Origin: a virus
Lineage: Duplodnaviria > Caudoviricetes
Length of the DNA: 25,053 nucleotides
Direction: 5' to 3' (one strand)
IMG/VR virus record: IMGVR_UViG_3300032312_001858
Coordinates: 1-25,053 of that record
Shown here in pieces: positions 16,801 through 25,053 of this stretch. Each line of letters opens with the position of its first letter. The stretch's first letter is position 1. The notes beneath the pieces are model-generated. The model searched no databases. It was not told where the DNA came from and was given only the letters and a program-made list of their open reading frames with translations. Made by a program: the position numbers and the translations under genes.

Positions 16801-17368
16801 CGTTGTTCAGACATTCGGAGCCACACAACAGGCTCGTCCTCTAATTTCACTTAGAGTGGCGCCTTCTGTTGATAATGGTACAGGACGTAACTTCGGCCTA
16901 CGTGAACTTTCAAATAACATGCAGCTAAAACTTTACAGCATTAACTTGCTTGCACAGGGTCAGTTCCTTGTAGAAGGAATTCTAAACGCACAGTCATTAA
17001 ACGGAGTTAATATTCCAAATGCTTGGGCAACTGATAGAGTGGGATCAGGATCTTTGGCACAAATTATTTATCACGACGGAACTGGAGTTCCTGGATCACC
17101 AGTTCTTTCTCCTACAAATACAGTTTCTGGAGGAGATCGTGTGTTTGCTTTCTATACAGATAACGGTGGAGGTACAAACTACTCCGTAACACGTATTGAT
17201 CTTACAAAAGCAAGAGACCTAGGAAACTCTATTCTAAATGGAGATGGCAGCACAGCTGCACCAGGTTTCCCTAATGCACCAGATATCCTTACAATTGTTG
17301 CTACAAATCTTGGTTCTTCAGCAGCCAACATTTCAGCAGTGCTTGCATGGACGGAAGCGCAGGCCTAA
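13883..17368 (+). CDS. Large virion structural protein with five T..HGL..G beta-domain repeats
   Basis: 1161 aa; N-terminal LLLITNTTANKIVYNFADP; RQTRRYFRYQSGKS; IDYSWYGAGTIRYG; repeated HGL/HNL/HSL units. Confidence 0.75.
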   Translation: MARKILNLTEIEFAPLTGTLKLPQLIRREKLLLITNTTANKIVYNFADPALGLYSFNLDTDTDQSHGTTTLVLKYNTANMLPTDSFQIVYDENNERFEPADYMVDAVGKLRTASPTSLIDTDFEYGIQNSKWETLTMIQNYPGFFGRSSGGNALDLQLVVGNNANPFSTVTVTTNSPHGLSSGDVISVQETTSDVADGTFLVTPLTSTTFSYIAKGRVNGNVLDGTLTSIYGGGIFDNAHIMGGITGNLGSFAAVSDQATPSRITIVSPKPHGLLPGTPILITQKEGSNFFGSFFIDTVDTPNSMSFMAAGQITNPINTNDQGVYAKPEGYVNHRPHDGGVILSTGNNVCGTQTMRQTRRYFRYQSGKSIQFSTGTKFTPTFQVEYIAATGIVPGSQQITVTTNASHNLQPGAYVKIDGVEVSGSYNPFNGIHLVTSIIDSTTFKYIVVFTNTLSAIDQIPGGVNVFCTAYIWKGASTRAGLYSEQDGFFFEYDGQGIFACRQWATNTLRGNIAVTRYSSTVTGIDTIFRKQLVSGDKIVIRGQTYRVLQIASDSSLTISPAYRGASQSSVKVRKVQIIKVKQADWNLDKFDGTGPSGHKFDPSKMQMTYIDYSWYGAGTIRYGFRGQGGKITWCHEISNNNNNYAAYQRSGNLPARYEAINEPTKFSKLVAGGTAARGSNLLPQDTVMYVDNVDYWPANGYIRIQDENYVEIAKYTSIGAYSQTAKGYAMNLVRRQPYVTYYSGQAYNLNGTYVAATFRPDSTIPGGSGSAQVSVQVISQECAPVMSHWGSSVIMDGGFDDDASFIFTAGMQRYLQVGGSGSVSATIVSRVRTSGVATITTSAPHSLLAGYNATVSGVNDVSTVTYKQLTNNQAILTTSVAHRHRSGQTITVTGVDGVFNGTWTITGTTSTTVIFARTSSNIPFQAVLPGATITSSSFYNGTFLVSNVTSNTISYAVAQADESSSAVSPNGAVVQTFGATQQARPLISLRVAPSVDNGTGRNFGLRELSNNMQLKLYSINLLAQGQFLVEGILNAQSLNGVNIPNAWATDRVGSGSLAQIIYHDGTGVPGSPVLSPTNTVSGGDRVFAFYTDNGGGTNYSVTRIDLTKARDLGNSILNGDGSTAAPGFPNAPDILTIVATNLGSSAANISAVLAWTEAQA

Positions 17369-17371
17369 AAA

Positions 17372-18046
17372 ATGCCAGACTACTCATCATTATCCACGCA
17401 GATAAGTCAGTTTAAAACAGCAGCAACTGCTTTAATGACTAATGCTAACGATCCGTTAAATGCAAATGAGTTACAACTAGTCGGCGCAGCATTAAATCAA
17501 ATGGCTAATTCTTTAGGCGTTGCCGATATCAATAACTCTGTTGTTGATGGAGTTGCAACAATTAATGCAGCAAAAGATGCAGCAATTACAGCATTTAACG
17601 GCGGCACTAATGGAACAAGACTAACAGAAGCAGAATCAGATATATCTGTTCTTGAAGGAAAAGTTACAAACATTGAAGGCTTTGTCTCTACAAATGGAGC
17701 TCAATATACAACTCTTCAGTCCACAGTAAATTCTCTTCAAGCATCTTTATCTGCAGTCCCTTCAACTTGGAAAATTATAACATCTAGTTATACTGCTACA
17801 AATAACGATAGACTTTTAGTTCAAGCTGCATCACCAGGACTTGTAATCACACTACCATTAAATCCATCAGCTGGATTTACAGTTGAGTTTGTAGATACGC
17901 TTGGAACAGCTGCAACAATACCATTTACAATTGCAAGAAACTCACAAAACATACAAAGAGTTGCAGAAAATTTAGTATATAACGTTAACGGTGGAGTACT
18001 TAGATTAATCTACGTAGACGCACCAAGAGGGTGGGTAAGAGCATAA
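17372..18046 (+). CDS. Tail fibre-associated protein (helical N-terminus, C-terminal beta domain)
   Basis: Heptad-like region followed by ITLPLNPSAGFTVEFVD...TIARNSQNI...LIYVDAPRGW. Confidence 0.65.
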   Translation: MPDYSSLSTQISQFKTAATALMTNANDPLNANELQLVGAALNQMANSLGVADINNSVVDGVATINAAKDAAITAFNGGTNGTRLTEAESDISVLEGKVTNIEGFVSTNGAQYTTLQSTVNSLQASLSAVPSTWKIITSSYTATNNDRLLVQAASPGLVITLPLNPSAGFTVEFVDTLGTAATIPFTIARNSQNIQRVAENLVYNVNGGVLRLIYVDAPRGWVRA

Positions 18047-18423
18047 TGGCAAATCTAAGCGATGTTTTTATAGAAACAAGTGCAAAAACAAATCTTGATC
18101 TTCAGACCTATCGGACTGGTAGAAGAGACCTTGGAACCGTAAATGGAGCACAAACCCTAGACCTTGCTCTTTCAAATGACTTTACAGCAACAGTAAATGG
18201 AAATACAACATTTACAATTGCAAATACCCCAGCAACTGGAGTTGTAGGATTTTCACTTCAGCTGGTAGGTGGAGGAGCTTTTACAATAACATTTGCAAAT
18301 GCAAAATATCCAGCCGCAACTGCACCAGCTTTAACAACTGGTGGAATTGACGTTATAACATTTATTACTTACGACAACGGTGTAAACTGGCGTGGAACTC
18401 TAGCAATGAAGGACTCAAGATAA
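18046..18423 (+). CDS. Phage tail-associated protein
   Basis: Start at the TAATG overlap; TLDLALSNDFTATVNGNTTFTIAN...IDVITFITYDNGVNWRG. Confidence 0.65.
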   Translation: MANLSDVFIETSAKTNLDLQTYRTGRRDLGTVNGAQTLDLALSNDFTATVNGNTTFTIANTPATGVVGFSLQLVGGGAFTITFANAKYPAATAPALTTGGIDVITFITYDNGVNWRGTLAMKDSR

Positions 18424-18923
18424 TGTACGCACAAGTTATAGATGAAGAAATTACAACAGTTGTTAATGAGCAATCATTAAGAGAAATGTATCCTTCTACA
18501 CATTTCCCATCACCATTGACACAGGAAGCCTTAGAAGGCTTTGATGGATGGTATGTAGTAAATGATGCAGTAGAAATTCCAGAATATGATAAAGCCTCTG
18601 AGAAATTAGAATTCACAAGAGAGTTTAATGGCACGTCAGTTGTAGGAAAATACTCTGTTACTAAACTTTCAAATGTAGAAAAGGCGGCAGCAAAAGAAGC
18701 AAGAAAGCAAGAAGTAAGATACCACAGAGATAACACTTTGGCATCAACAGATTATTTAATGACATCAGATGTCCTTAATTCATTTTCTGCATCAGATCAA
18801 GAAAAGATAACTGAATACAGACAAGCATTAAGAGATCTAACAGACCAAGCCGATCCATTTAATATTACTTGGCCAGTACTTGGAGTAGAGTCAATTCAAT
18901 TAAGATACAAAGTAGAGATCTAA
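18423..18923 (+). CDS. Tail fibre assembly chaperone-like protein
   Basis: VRYHRDNTLASTDY...YRQALRDLTDQADPFNITWP signature. Confidence 0.75.
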   Translation: MYAQVIDEEITTVVNEQSLREMYPSTHFPSPLTQEALEGFDGWYVVNDAVEIPEYDKASEKLEFTREFNGTSVVGKYSVTKLSNVEKAAAKEARKQEVRYHRDNTLASTDYLMTSDVLNSFSASDQEKITEYRQALRDLTDQADPFNITWPVLGVESIQLRYKVEI

Positions 18924-19853
18924 ATGCCATTTCCGCCAGCCAGATATGCGACAGCAACAGGAAGAACTTCGTTTCTTCTTAGACAGATAATCACAACTGG
19001 ATACGTCATATGCGGATATAGAAACAGCCAGCCCTGGACTAGCGTAAACCAGGTAACACATTCAACAGATACAACATTAGATTATGGTAGCCCAATGCCA
19101 AATTCTACTGCTTATCCCGCAGGAATGGCTGATGACAATTTTGCTTATGTATTAAAAGCAAACAATGGAGTTGGTGGCTCAAGTACAGCTAACAATAGAT
19201 ACAGTATGAGAACAAATACTGGAACATCATTTACAGGTTCTCCTACCAGCGTAGCAAACGGTGGAACAGCGCTTCATAAAGAACAGACTCGTGCATGGGT
19301 TAATCCTCACACAAACGCTGGAGTTTTAATAAGATTTGATTTTGCTACTGCTACATTTATAAGCAATATCGGACAATCTTTTGGTCAACAAGGCGCTTCA
19401 GGAGGATCTTCTTTTTATGGAGAAAACCATGGATATCAATACGGAGACGGCAATAGCAGCGTATGTGGATTCAGATTTAATTTTGCAACAGAAGCTCAAT
19501 TGTCAACAAATGTTTATGGAGGACACGGACAACAAAAGGCTATTTCTACAAAGCTAGAAAAAGGCTATGCTCCTAACGAAGGCGACTACGCAGGTGGCTA
19601 CAACCTAAGAAGATTTAATATGACTACTGAAACAAATATAGGAAACGTTTCAAAACCCATTGGTAACTGCGGGGAAGAAGATCATGACATGGGACAAGCG
19701 CACCAGTACATGCTTGGAAACTATAATGGAGAGCAAAATAATAGGTCTTGGAGATTTAATTACGCAACAGACAGTGGATTCGAAGGCGGCGGATCAATGC
19801 AATCAAAAGGTGTACCTGGAAGAAGTTCAGCGTACTCTGCTCAACGATCATAA
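18924..19853 (+). CDS. Gly/Ser/Asn-rich repeat protein, possible beta-propeller virion tip protein
   Basis: Recurring RFDFATAT / RFNFATEA / RFNMTTET / RFNYATDS units about 45 aa apart. Confidence 0.55.
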   Translation: MPFPPARYATATGRTSFLLRQIITTGYVICGYRNSQPWTSVNQVTHSTDTTLDYGSPMPNSTAYPAGMADDNFAYVLKANNGVGGSSTANNRYSMRTNTGTSFTGSPTSVANGGTALHKEQTRAWVNPHTNAGVLIRFDFATATFISNIGQSFGQQGASGGSSFYGENHGYQYGDGNSSVCGFRFNFATEAQLSTNVYGGHGQQKAISTKLEKGYAPNEGDYAGGYNLRRFNMTTETNIGNVSKPIGNCGEEDHDMGQAHQYMLGNYNGEQNNRSWRFNYATDSGFEGGGSMQSKGVPGRSSAYSAQRS

Positions 19854-19868
19854 TAGATAGGTTCTAAA

Positions 19869-20600
19869 ATGCGTTACATAAACGATATTATATCGGATAC
19901 TTCCAATTATACAAAAAGCCAAAAAGACATACTTCTCTATGCAGTAAATAGGCAATGGGGAACTCCAGTTTTTAAGATAGACAATTTTGTCGGTGGCTCT
20001 CAATTTACACCATTTGGAAAGCTTCGTCAACTACTATTAGAGCTGGGGTCAAGAGAAACCTTAATTACAGAGCAAGAGCTAAAGCTAGAAAGAGTAAAGC
20101 TAGAAATTGAATTAGAAAAAGAGCTTATTGAGTCTACATCTTCTCCAGCACAAAAAAAGATCCACGAATTAAATATACTTGAAAAAGAACGCACCTACAA
20201 TCAAAATAAAGTTTATTTAACAATGACATATGATGAGCGTGATAAGTATATGATGCTTATTGAAAGATTTAATGAGTCAGAAGAAGGCAAGCTTCCAGAC
20301 GGCAGACTAGTAATGGACATTATCGGAAACCATGAAGAGGAAGAAAGATTGGAAGCAGAGCTTTGGGCAGTTAGACTAGGCGCTCAAGCAGGATATGATC
20401 TAATGTTTTATGGCAGAGTAAATAACGGTAACATGGAAGCTATAGACCAGTTGCCAGCAGAGATCAGACAACTGGCAATTGAGAATGCAGTAGAAAAAGC
20501 AATTGTAACAAATGGACATATACTAGAATTAGAAAAACAAGTAAAAGAAAGACTTCAAATTGAAAGCTCTGTTACAGAAGACTGGACACAATTGGACTAA
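19869..20600 (+). CDS. Hypothetical coiled-coil protein
   Basis: 243 aa with a Glu/Lys/Leu-rich heptad segment. Confidence 0.7.
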   Translation: MRYINDIISDTSNYTKSQKDILLYAVNRQWGTPVFKIDNFVGGSQFTPFGKLRQLLLELGSRETLITEQELKLERVKLEIELEKELIESTSSPAQKKIHELNILEKERTYNQNKVYLTMTYDERDKYMMLIERFNESEEGKLPDGRLVMDIIGNHEEEERLEAELWAVRLGAQAGYDLMFYGRVNNGNMEAIDQLPAEIRQLAIENAVEKAIVTNGHILELEKQVKERLQIESSVTEDWTQLD

Positions 20601-21157
20601 TGCTTTATTTTTTGTTTGACCCCGTAGATAAAACGGAGAAAAATAATTACATTCAGCATGTTGGCGAATGGAACAATTTGCTCATAGGAGCAGTAGATGA
20701 AAGCCAGATGCTATATATGAACCTTCCAAGAATGACGGTGGTAACAAAAGAAGTTGCTCTTGCCTATCAATTTGTTGGAAAGTATAAGGGCTATATAAAG
20801 CTTAGGCCAAACACCTTGCATTTATCACAACTAGAGGGTAAACCATTTGAGCAGGTAGATAATAAGTTCAAATATACATTAACTGAAGAGGATAAGCAAA
20901 ATGCATGCCTTTTCCAAAAAGCTGCAATGATCTTCATGCTAGAAAAATACTATTTAAATAAACTTTTGTTGTCAAGAAGTACTCCTGACTTTTTAAAAGA
21001 AGATGTATTTGAGTCTGAGGAGTACCTTTTAAATAAAAAGAATGAGATTTATCAAAAGATTATCTCTTGCCAAGATTGGGTAGAAGCTGGTATACTATTA
21101 AATAATCATTTTGGCGTTCATTATGATGCGGATACTTTAGCAAAAATAGATTTGTAG
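20600..21157 (+). CDS. Hypothetical protein
   Basis: 185-aa ORF coupled to the upstream gene by TAATG. Confidence 0.7.
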   Translation: MLYFLFDPVDKTEKNNYIQHVGEWNNLLIGAVDESQMLYMNLPRMTVVTKEVALAYQFVGKYKGYIKLRPNTLHLSQLEGKPFEQVDNKFKYTLTEEDKQNACLFQKAAMIFMLEKYYLNKLLLSRSTPDFLKEDVFESEEYLLNKKNEIYQKIISCQDWVEAGILLNNHFGVHYDADTLAKIDL

Positions 21158-21162
21158 GATAA

Positions 21163-22806
21163 ATGTTTAGCGTACCATTAAACCCAAAGCTAAATGAGAA
21201 TCAGCTAAATGAATTTATTTCTTTCTTAAAAGACTATAAAGATTACATATATGATTTTTATTTTACCTGTAGGGTTGCTCCATTTAATCAAGACGCCATG
21301 GGTGATATATTTCAGGGTGGAAAAGAAGATCATGATTATCTAATTGATCTTGCATTATATATTCAACAAGAGACAGGAGTTCTTGCCTCCGCTGTATTTA
21401 ATAATACAGAGGTTAGGCCAGACCAACAAAACCTAGACCTATTTATTAAAAGCTTTCTGCCAGTATATGAAATGGGAATTAGGTCTGCCACAATACCCCA
21501 TACTCATTGGATGGCAACGGGCCAAATTAAAAAGGCATTCCCAAAGTTATTTGTAAAAAATACTATTCTTAGAAATGTTTCAGAACCAAGGGATATAGAA
21601 AAGCTAGCCAAGGCTGGATTTGACTATGTCAACCTTGATCGTGACCTAATGCGTGATCATGCAAAGCTAAAGCTTTTTAAAAAGGCAAAGACACAGTTTG
21701 GTGTAAAATTATCACTGCTTGCTAATGAGGGTTGCTACGGCGGATGCATAATGATGGATGAACATTATCAGTTTAATAATACCCGCACAGATGGACCTCA
21801 GTATTTTAATGACCCAATAAGCAGGGTTTCCTGCCCAAAGTGGGATCATGAAGATTTTGCGGTATCTTTAAAGACAGCTAATTTCCCACCATGGCGTGAG
21901 GATTGGCAGGAGTTCCTAGATGATCTTGGCATTGATGTTATTAAGATGCACGGTAGAGAGTCACATACAAGGCTTAAAGAGACCATGGATATAATCAAGA
22001 GGTATGCCAATAATGAAGAAATTTTATTTGACAGCTTTAATGATTTTATTGAAGAGACTAATATGGTTGACAAACCAATTACCATTTGGCGCAATAAGAT
22101 CAAAAATTGTAAATTTGATTGCTGGGATTGTGGCTATTGTGACAAAATAATGGCTGCCAAATATGGCAACCATATAAATCCAAAAGTTGCTATTGTTGCA
22201 CAGCAATTAGTTGATTCTGTAAATAGTCCCATTGAGATTAATATACCAGGATTAACATCAACTAGAGTCCAGTCACTTATAAACGGCTTGGCCAAGTCTT
22301 CAAGTAAATATTTAGAAATTGGTTCGTATCAAGGCGCTACAGCCGCCGCAGCATTAAGTGGTAACAGTTTAGACGCATACTTTGTAGACATGTGGCAGGA
22401 AGCTCCACAGGCCGTTAGAGATGGGTGGGAAACACCAGCAACTAATTCTCTTGAAGAGTTTAAGAAGAACATTGATCCCTACAAGGGAAGCAATAGAGTA
22501 TTTATATCCAACTCTGATATGTTTAAGGTTAACGTAAAAGGTATTTCAGGTGTTGACCTGTTTTTTTATGATGGGCCACATGATCTTGAGTCTACAAGAA
22601 AAGCCGTTAAGTATTACTCACCATCATTTGCTAATCAATCTATTTTAATATTTGATGACGCAAATTGGACGGAAGTGGTTCAAGGTGCCCATAAAGGAAT
22701 AGTTGAATCAGGACTAAAAATATTGTATAGTAAGAAAGTGTTAAATGCACTTGAGTCAGACACTGAATGGTGGAACGGCCTGTATATAGTAGTAGTGGAA
22801 AAATAA
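21163..22806 (+). CDS. U32-family (Fe-S hydroxylase-like) domain fused to a class I SAM-dependent methyltransferase
   Basis: GFDYVNLDRDL, LLANEGCYGGC, VSCPKW, IDVIKMHGRE (compare U32 KIEGR), CKFDCWDCGYC; then YLEIGSYQGAT, VDLFFYDGPH, ILIFDDANW. Confidence 0.72.
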   Translation: MFSVPLNPKLNENQLNEFISFLKDYKDYIYDFYFTCRVAPFNQDAMGDIFQGGKEDHDYLIDLALYIQQETGVLASAVFNNTEVRPDQQNLDLFIKSFLPVYEMGIRSATIPHTHWMATGQIKKAFPKLFVKNTILRNVSEPRDIEKLAKAGFDYVNLDRDLMRDHAKLKLFKKAKTQFGVKLSLLANEGCYGGCIMMDEHYQFNNTRTDGPQYFNDPISRVSCPKWDHEDFAVSLKTANFPPWREDWQEFLDDLGIDVIKMHGRESHTRLKETMDIIKRYANNEEILFDSFNDFIEETNMVDKPITIWRNKIKNCKFDCWDCGYCDKIMAAKYGNHINPKVAIVAQQLVDSVNSPIEINIPGLTSTRVQSLINGLAKSSSKYLEIGSYQGATAAAALSGNSLDAYFVDMWQEAPQAVRDGWETPATNSLEEFKKNIDPYKGSNRVFISNSDMFKVNVKGISGVDLFFYDGPHDLESTRKAVKYYSPSFANQSILIFDDANWTEVVQGAHKGIVESGLKILYSKKVLNALESDTEWWNGLYIVVVEK

Positions 22807-23723
22807 TGGAAATCACAACATCTTTAATTACAGATAATCAACAATACTTGTTGCTACTTGCAACAGTCATGGGACTATCATTTTGGGCAAAGAAAACACA
22901 AATATTCCTGCCAGTATATAAATTTATTGCAGATAGAGTAAAGTCAAAAAGAGCAGTTGTTGCTTTAATTTCTTTGATTTCAGGAGTGCTCCCAATCAAT
23001 GGAAGAGCTTCAGTTTCTGCAGGAGCGCTAGATACAATTGCTCCAAATAATGAAAAGAAAAAGGTATTTGGGATAATTGACTACCTGTCTACTCACCACT
23101 ACTATTTCTGGTCTCCATTAGAGGCAACAGTCCTTGTACCTATGGCTGCTTTAAGCATCTCCTATTGGGAGTTCATGGGAAGAATTTGGCCCCTTCTTGC
23201 TACAGCTTTAATTGTAATTTTTTATTATATATTTAAGATTGTAAAAGAAGACGAGGTAGAAATTAACATATCTAAATCCATATCTCCGTCAACGTGGAAA
23301 GAAGACAGAAAGCAGATAAAGTCTTACGCAACAACCTTGCTATTTGTCGGACTAGTTATAATTCTCAGCAATATTGTGAAAGCAAACTTTGATCAAATCA
23401 ATGCTTGGGTAAATGGGGCACATGATAATGGCTTGTTGGTTCTTGTTGCAGTTGCTGGATTCCTTGCCAGCTTTGCTTTGGGTTCAAGCGGTAAGTTTGC
23501 TGGATTCACATCTTTGTCCGCCACGGTTTATGGCATAGACTACCTGCCACTATTTTTTGCAATAGACTACGCTGGCTACATGCTAGCTCCAACTCACAAG
23601 TGCCTTGTCATTACAAAGTCATATTTTGACACTCCACTAAAAAAGCATTACAAGGCAATTTTTGCCCTGGTCGTCCCAATTGTGCTTGTCGGAATTTTGA
23701 CCTATTTGACAATCGATAAGTAG
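22806..23723 (+). CDS. Multi-pass membrane protein, transporter-like (DUF401/ion-transporter superfamily-like)
   Basis: Many hydrophobic helices; GVLPINGRASVSA, HHYYFWSPL, GYMLAPTHKCLVITKSYF; start at the TAATG overlap. Confidence 0.65.
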   Translation: MEITTSLITDNQQYLLLLATVMGLSFWAKKTQIFLPVYKFIADRVKSKRAVVALISLISGVLPINGRASVSAGALDTIAPNNEKKKVFGIIDYLSTHHYYFWSPLEATVLVPMAALSISYWEFMGRIWPLLATALIVIFYYIFKIVKEDEVEINISKSISPSTWKEDRKQIKSYATTLLFVGLVIILSNIVKANFDQINAWVNGAHDNGLLVLVAVAGFLASFALGSSGKFAGFTSLSATVYGIDYLPLFFAIDYAGYMLAPTHKCLVITKSYFDTPLKKHYKAIFALVVPIVLVGILTYLTIDK

Positions 23724-23730
23724 TAATATT

Positions 23731-23775
23731 CCATTGTTCCCTGCTGGCTTCTTAAATGCCAGTGGGGTATAATGG
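23731..23775 (+). other. 18-bp imperfect stem-loop with GGG TATAAT in its 3' arm
   Basis: CCATTGTTCCCTGCTGGC (23731-23748) pairs with GCCAGTGGGGTATAATGG (23758-23775) with 1 mismatch and 3 G-U pairs. Confidence 0.65.
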
Positions 23776-23818
23776 GTTAGGCAAAGGCAATAATACTGTC
23801 TTTGACGATAAAGATTTA

Positions 23819-23830
23819 TGATATACTTTT
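23819..23830 (+). promoter_or_regulatory. Extended -10 promoter (TGA TATACT TTT)
   Basis: Identical to 7512-7523; followed by an AGGAG RBS. Confidence 0.65.
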
Positions 23831-23848
23831 AGGTATAGGAGATACAAC

Positions 23849-24181
23849 ATGCCAGATTATGCAAGTTTAACAGCCCAAGTAGAATTATTCAAGACCAAGG
23901 TAGGAGCCCTCAGCGGATCCACACTTGGAGCACAAGAGTTGGTTTATCTAGCCAAAGCTATTGAATCAATGGGAAATCTTTTGGGAGTCAACGACGTTTT
24001 GGCAGCTACAAATACAAAGCTAAATGATATCTCAACTGCAGTAACAGGTGCCGTAACAACTGTTTCAAGCGCAGGAAGCACACAAGTAGCAGCAGTAGCT
24101 GCAGCAGGAGCAACACAGGTAGCAGCTGTTGCAAATGAATTAAACAACTTTACAATCTATCAGAATATGGGAGTAATATAA
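23849..24181 (+). CDS. Helical structural protein, paralogue of the N-terminus of the 17372 gene
   Basis: MPDYASLTAQVELFKT versus MPDYSSLSTQISQFKT; MGNLLGVNDV versus MANSLGVADI. Confidence 0.7.
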   Translation: MPDYASLTAQVELFKTKVGALSGSTLGAQELVYLAKAIESMGNLLGVNDVLAATNTKLNDISTAVTGAVTTVSSAGSTQVAAVAAAGATQVAAVANELNNFTIYQNMGVI

Positions 24182-24182
24182 A

Positions 24183-24503
24183 ATGCCAACAACAGTCAGT
24201 TTACCAGCACGTTTTTATGCAGGAACAGTTACAAACGTCGAAACAGGAGTTTGGACAGTACCAGCAGCAGAGACAGATGTTATCACATCTATCACAGTTC
24301 AGAACATCACACAAATAGCACAAACATTTAACGTAAAGATGGCAGGAACATTCTTGGCTTATCAGCTAAGCCTTCCACCACAAACCTTTATGACATTAGA
24401 TATTAAGCAAGTTCTTAACACAGCAGAGAGCATCCTAGTAACAGCATCAAACAACAACGCAGTTACAATGTTCATCTCTGGCGTAAAAATAACATCATCG
24501 TAA
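24183..24503 (+). CDS. Small beta-rich phage structural protein
   Basis: VWTVPAAETDVITSITVQN...QVLNTAESILVTAS...FISGVKI. Confidence 0.65.
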   Translation: MPTTVSLPARFYAGTVTNVETGVWTVPAAETDVITSITVQNITQIAQTFNVKMAGTFLAYQLSLPPQTFMTLDIKQVLNTAESILVTASNNNAVTMFISGVKITSS

Positions 24504-24520
24504 TTTAAAGGAGTAATAAC

Positions 24521-25053
24521 ATGTCAGAAGTTTCCAGCACCTCGCAGTCCACTTATTTACCAGGACTTACAACAACAATCAATGAGGCTGTAACAAGAGG
24601 TCTACAAACAGGTATTACAGCACAAGCTATCGCAGCAGGTGGAGTAAGCTCAATGTTTATGCCTCTTGAAGAACGAATATATTCTTCAGGTAACTGGACA
24701 CGCCCAGCTAATAGTGGACCCGTTATTAAAATGATTCTTGTTGGCGGAGGAGGTTCAGGCGGATGTGGAGTAAGTTGGTCACACTCTGGCTCAGGTGGCG
24801 GAGGAGCAGGACAACTTGTTGAAAGATGGTTAGACGTTTCTTCAATTCCAATTGGAGGAACAATTCCAGTTACTATCGGAGCAGGTGGTCCAGCTGTAGG
24901 TGGAAATTCAAACGGAAATAACGGATCTAACTCTTCATTTGGCGTAAACGGACAACCGTTTTATTTAATTGCATACGGTGGCGGTGGCGGAGGTTATCCA
25001 GAAGGAAACGGAAATAACGGAAACTCTGGAAGCATGGGAACAGGTTATGGTAA
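24521..25053 (+). CDS. Glycine-rich-domain tail protein, 3'-truncated (not in the supplied ORF track)
   Basis: AAGGAG RBS; open to the window end: MSEVSSTSQ...SSGNWTRP...ILVGGGGSGG...GGGGAGQLV...VTIGAGG...SSFG...IAYGGGGG. Confidence 0.8.
   Translation, partial: MSEVSSTSQSTYLPGLTTTINEAVTRGLQTGITAQAIAAGGVSSMFMPLEERIYSSGNWTRPANSGPVIKMILVGGGGSGGCGVSWSHSGSGGGGAGQLVERWLDVSSIPIGGTIPVTIGAGGPAVGGNSNGNNGSNSSFGVNGQPFYLIAYGGGGGGYPEGNGNNGNSGSMGTGYG

Noticed and set aside
21163-22200. Collagenase/protease or radical SAM enzyme
   Set aside because: Peptidase U32 is largely a legacy label for Fe-S hydroxylases. The CxxxCxxC-like stretch lies at the end of the domain, not at the N-terminus of a radical SAM barrel.
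10039-22805. Track starts at 10039, 18031 and 22767
   Set aside because: Downstream ATGs at 10054, 18046 and 22806 overlap the preceding stop codons, the coupling pattern used throughout this window.
20-24147. Minus-strand and alternate-frame ORFs in the track (e.g. 2455-2913, 7184-7366, 8159-8452, 8180-8428)
   Set aside because: They are shadows of well-supported + strand genes; the His/Thr/Ile repeats are just other frames of the Pro/Tyr repeat.
1-25053. tRNA/rRNA genes, integrase or transposase
   Set aside because: Intergenic gaps are short, and no cloverleaf or recombinase motifs were recognised by eye.

Overview
A 25-kb fragment of a tailed dsDNA phage genome with all credible genes on the + strand. 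The host is probably an actinobacterium; this is inferred from PASTA domains, a small two-helix holin-like gene, TGn-extended -10 promoters and a leaderless-type start. The window opens with the 3' end of a class II (B12-dependent) ribonucleotide reductase and a holin-like gene, followed by a long tail/virion structural region. Two accessory blocks interrupt it. Block 1 (5379-11005) is the best candidate for an undescribed system. It holds two paralogous PASTA proteins with Tyr-x-Asn/Pro-Pro-Pro repeat tracts and different C-termini (an 8-Cys peptide and a Hint autoprocessing domain). These are surrounded by three 2OG-Fe(II) hydroxylases, a dUTPase-like protein, an orphan MNT-type nucleotidyltransferase and a Cys-rich small protein, which together suggest a virion-protein modification/display cassette. 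Block 2 (about 18924-23723) holds a U32-family Fe-S protein fused to a SAM methyltransferase, coupled to a multi-pass membrane protein. All family calls are from motif recognition by eye; no database searches were run.
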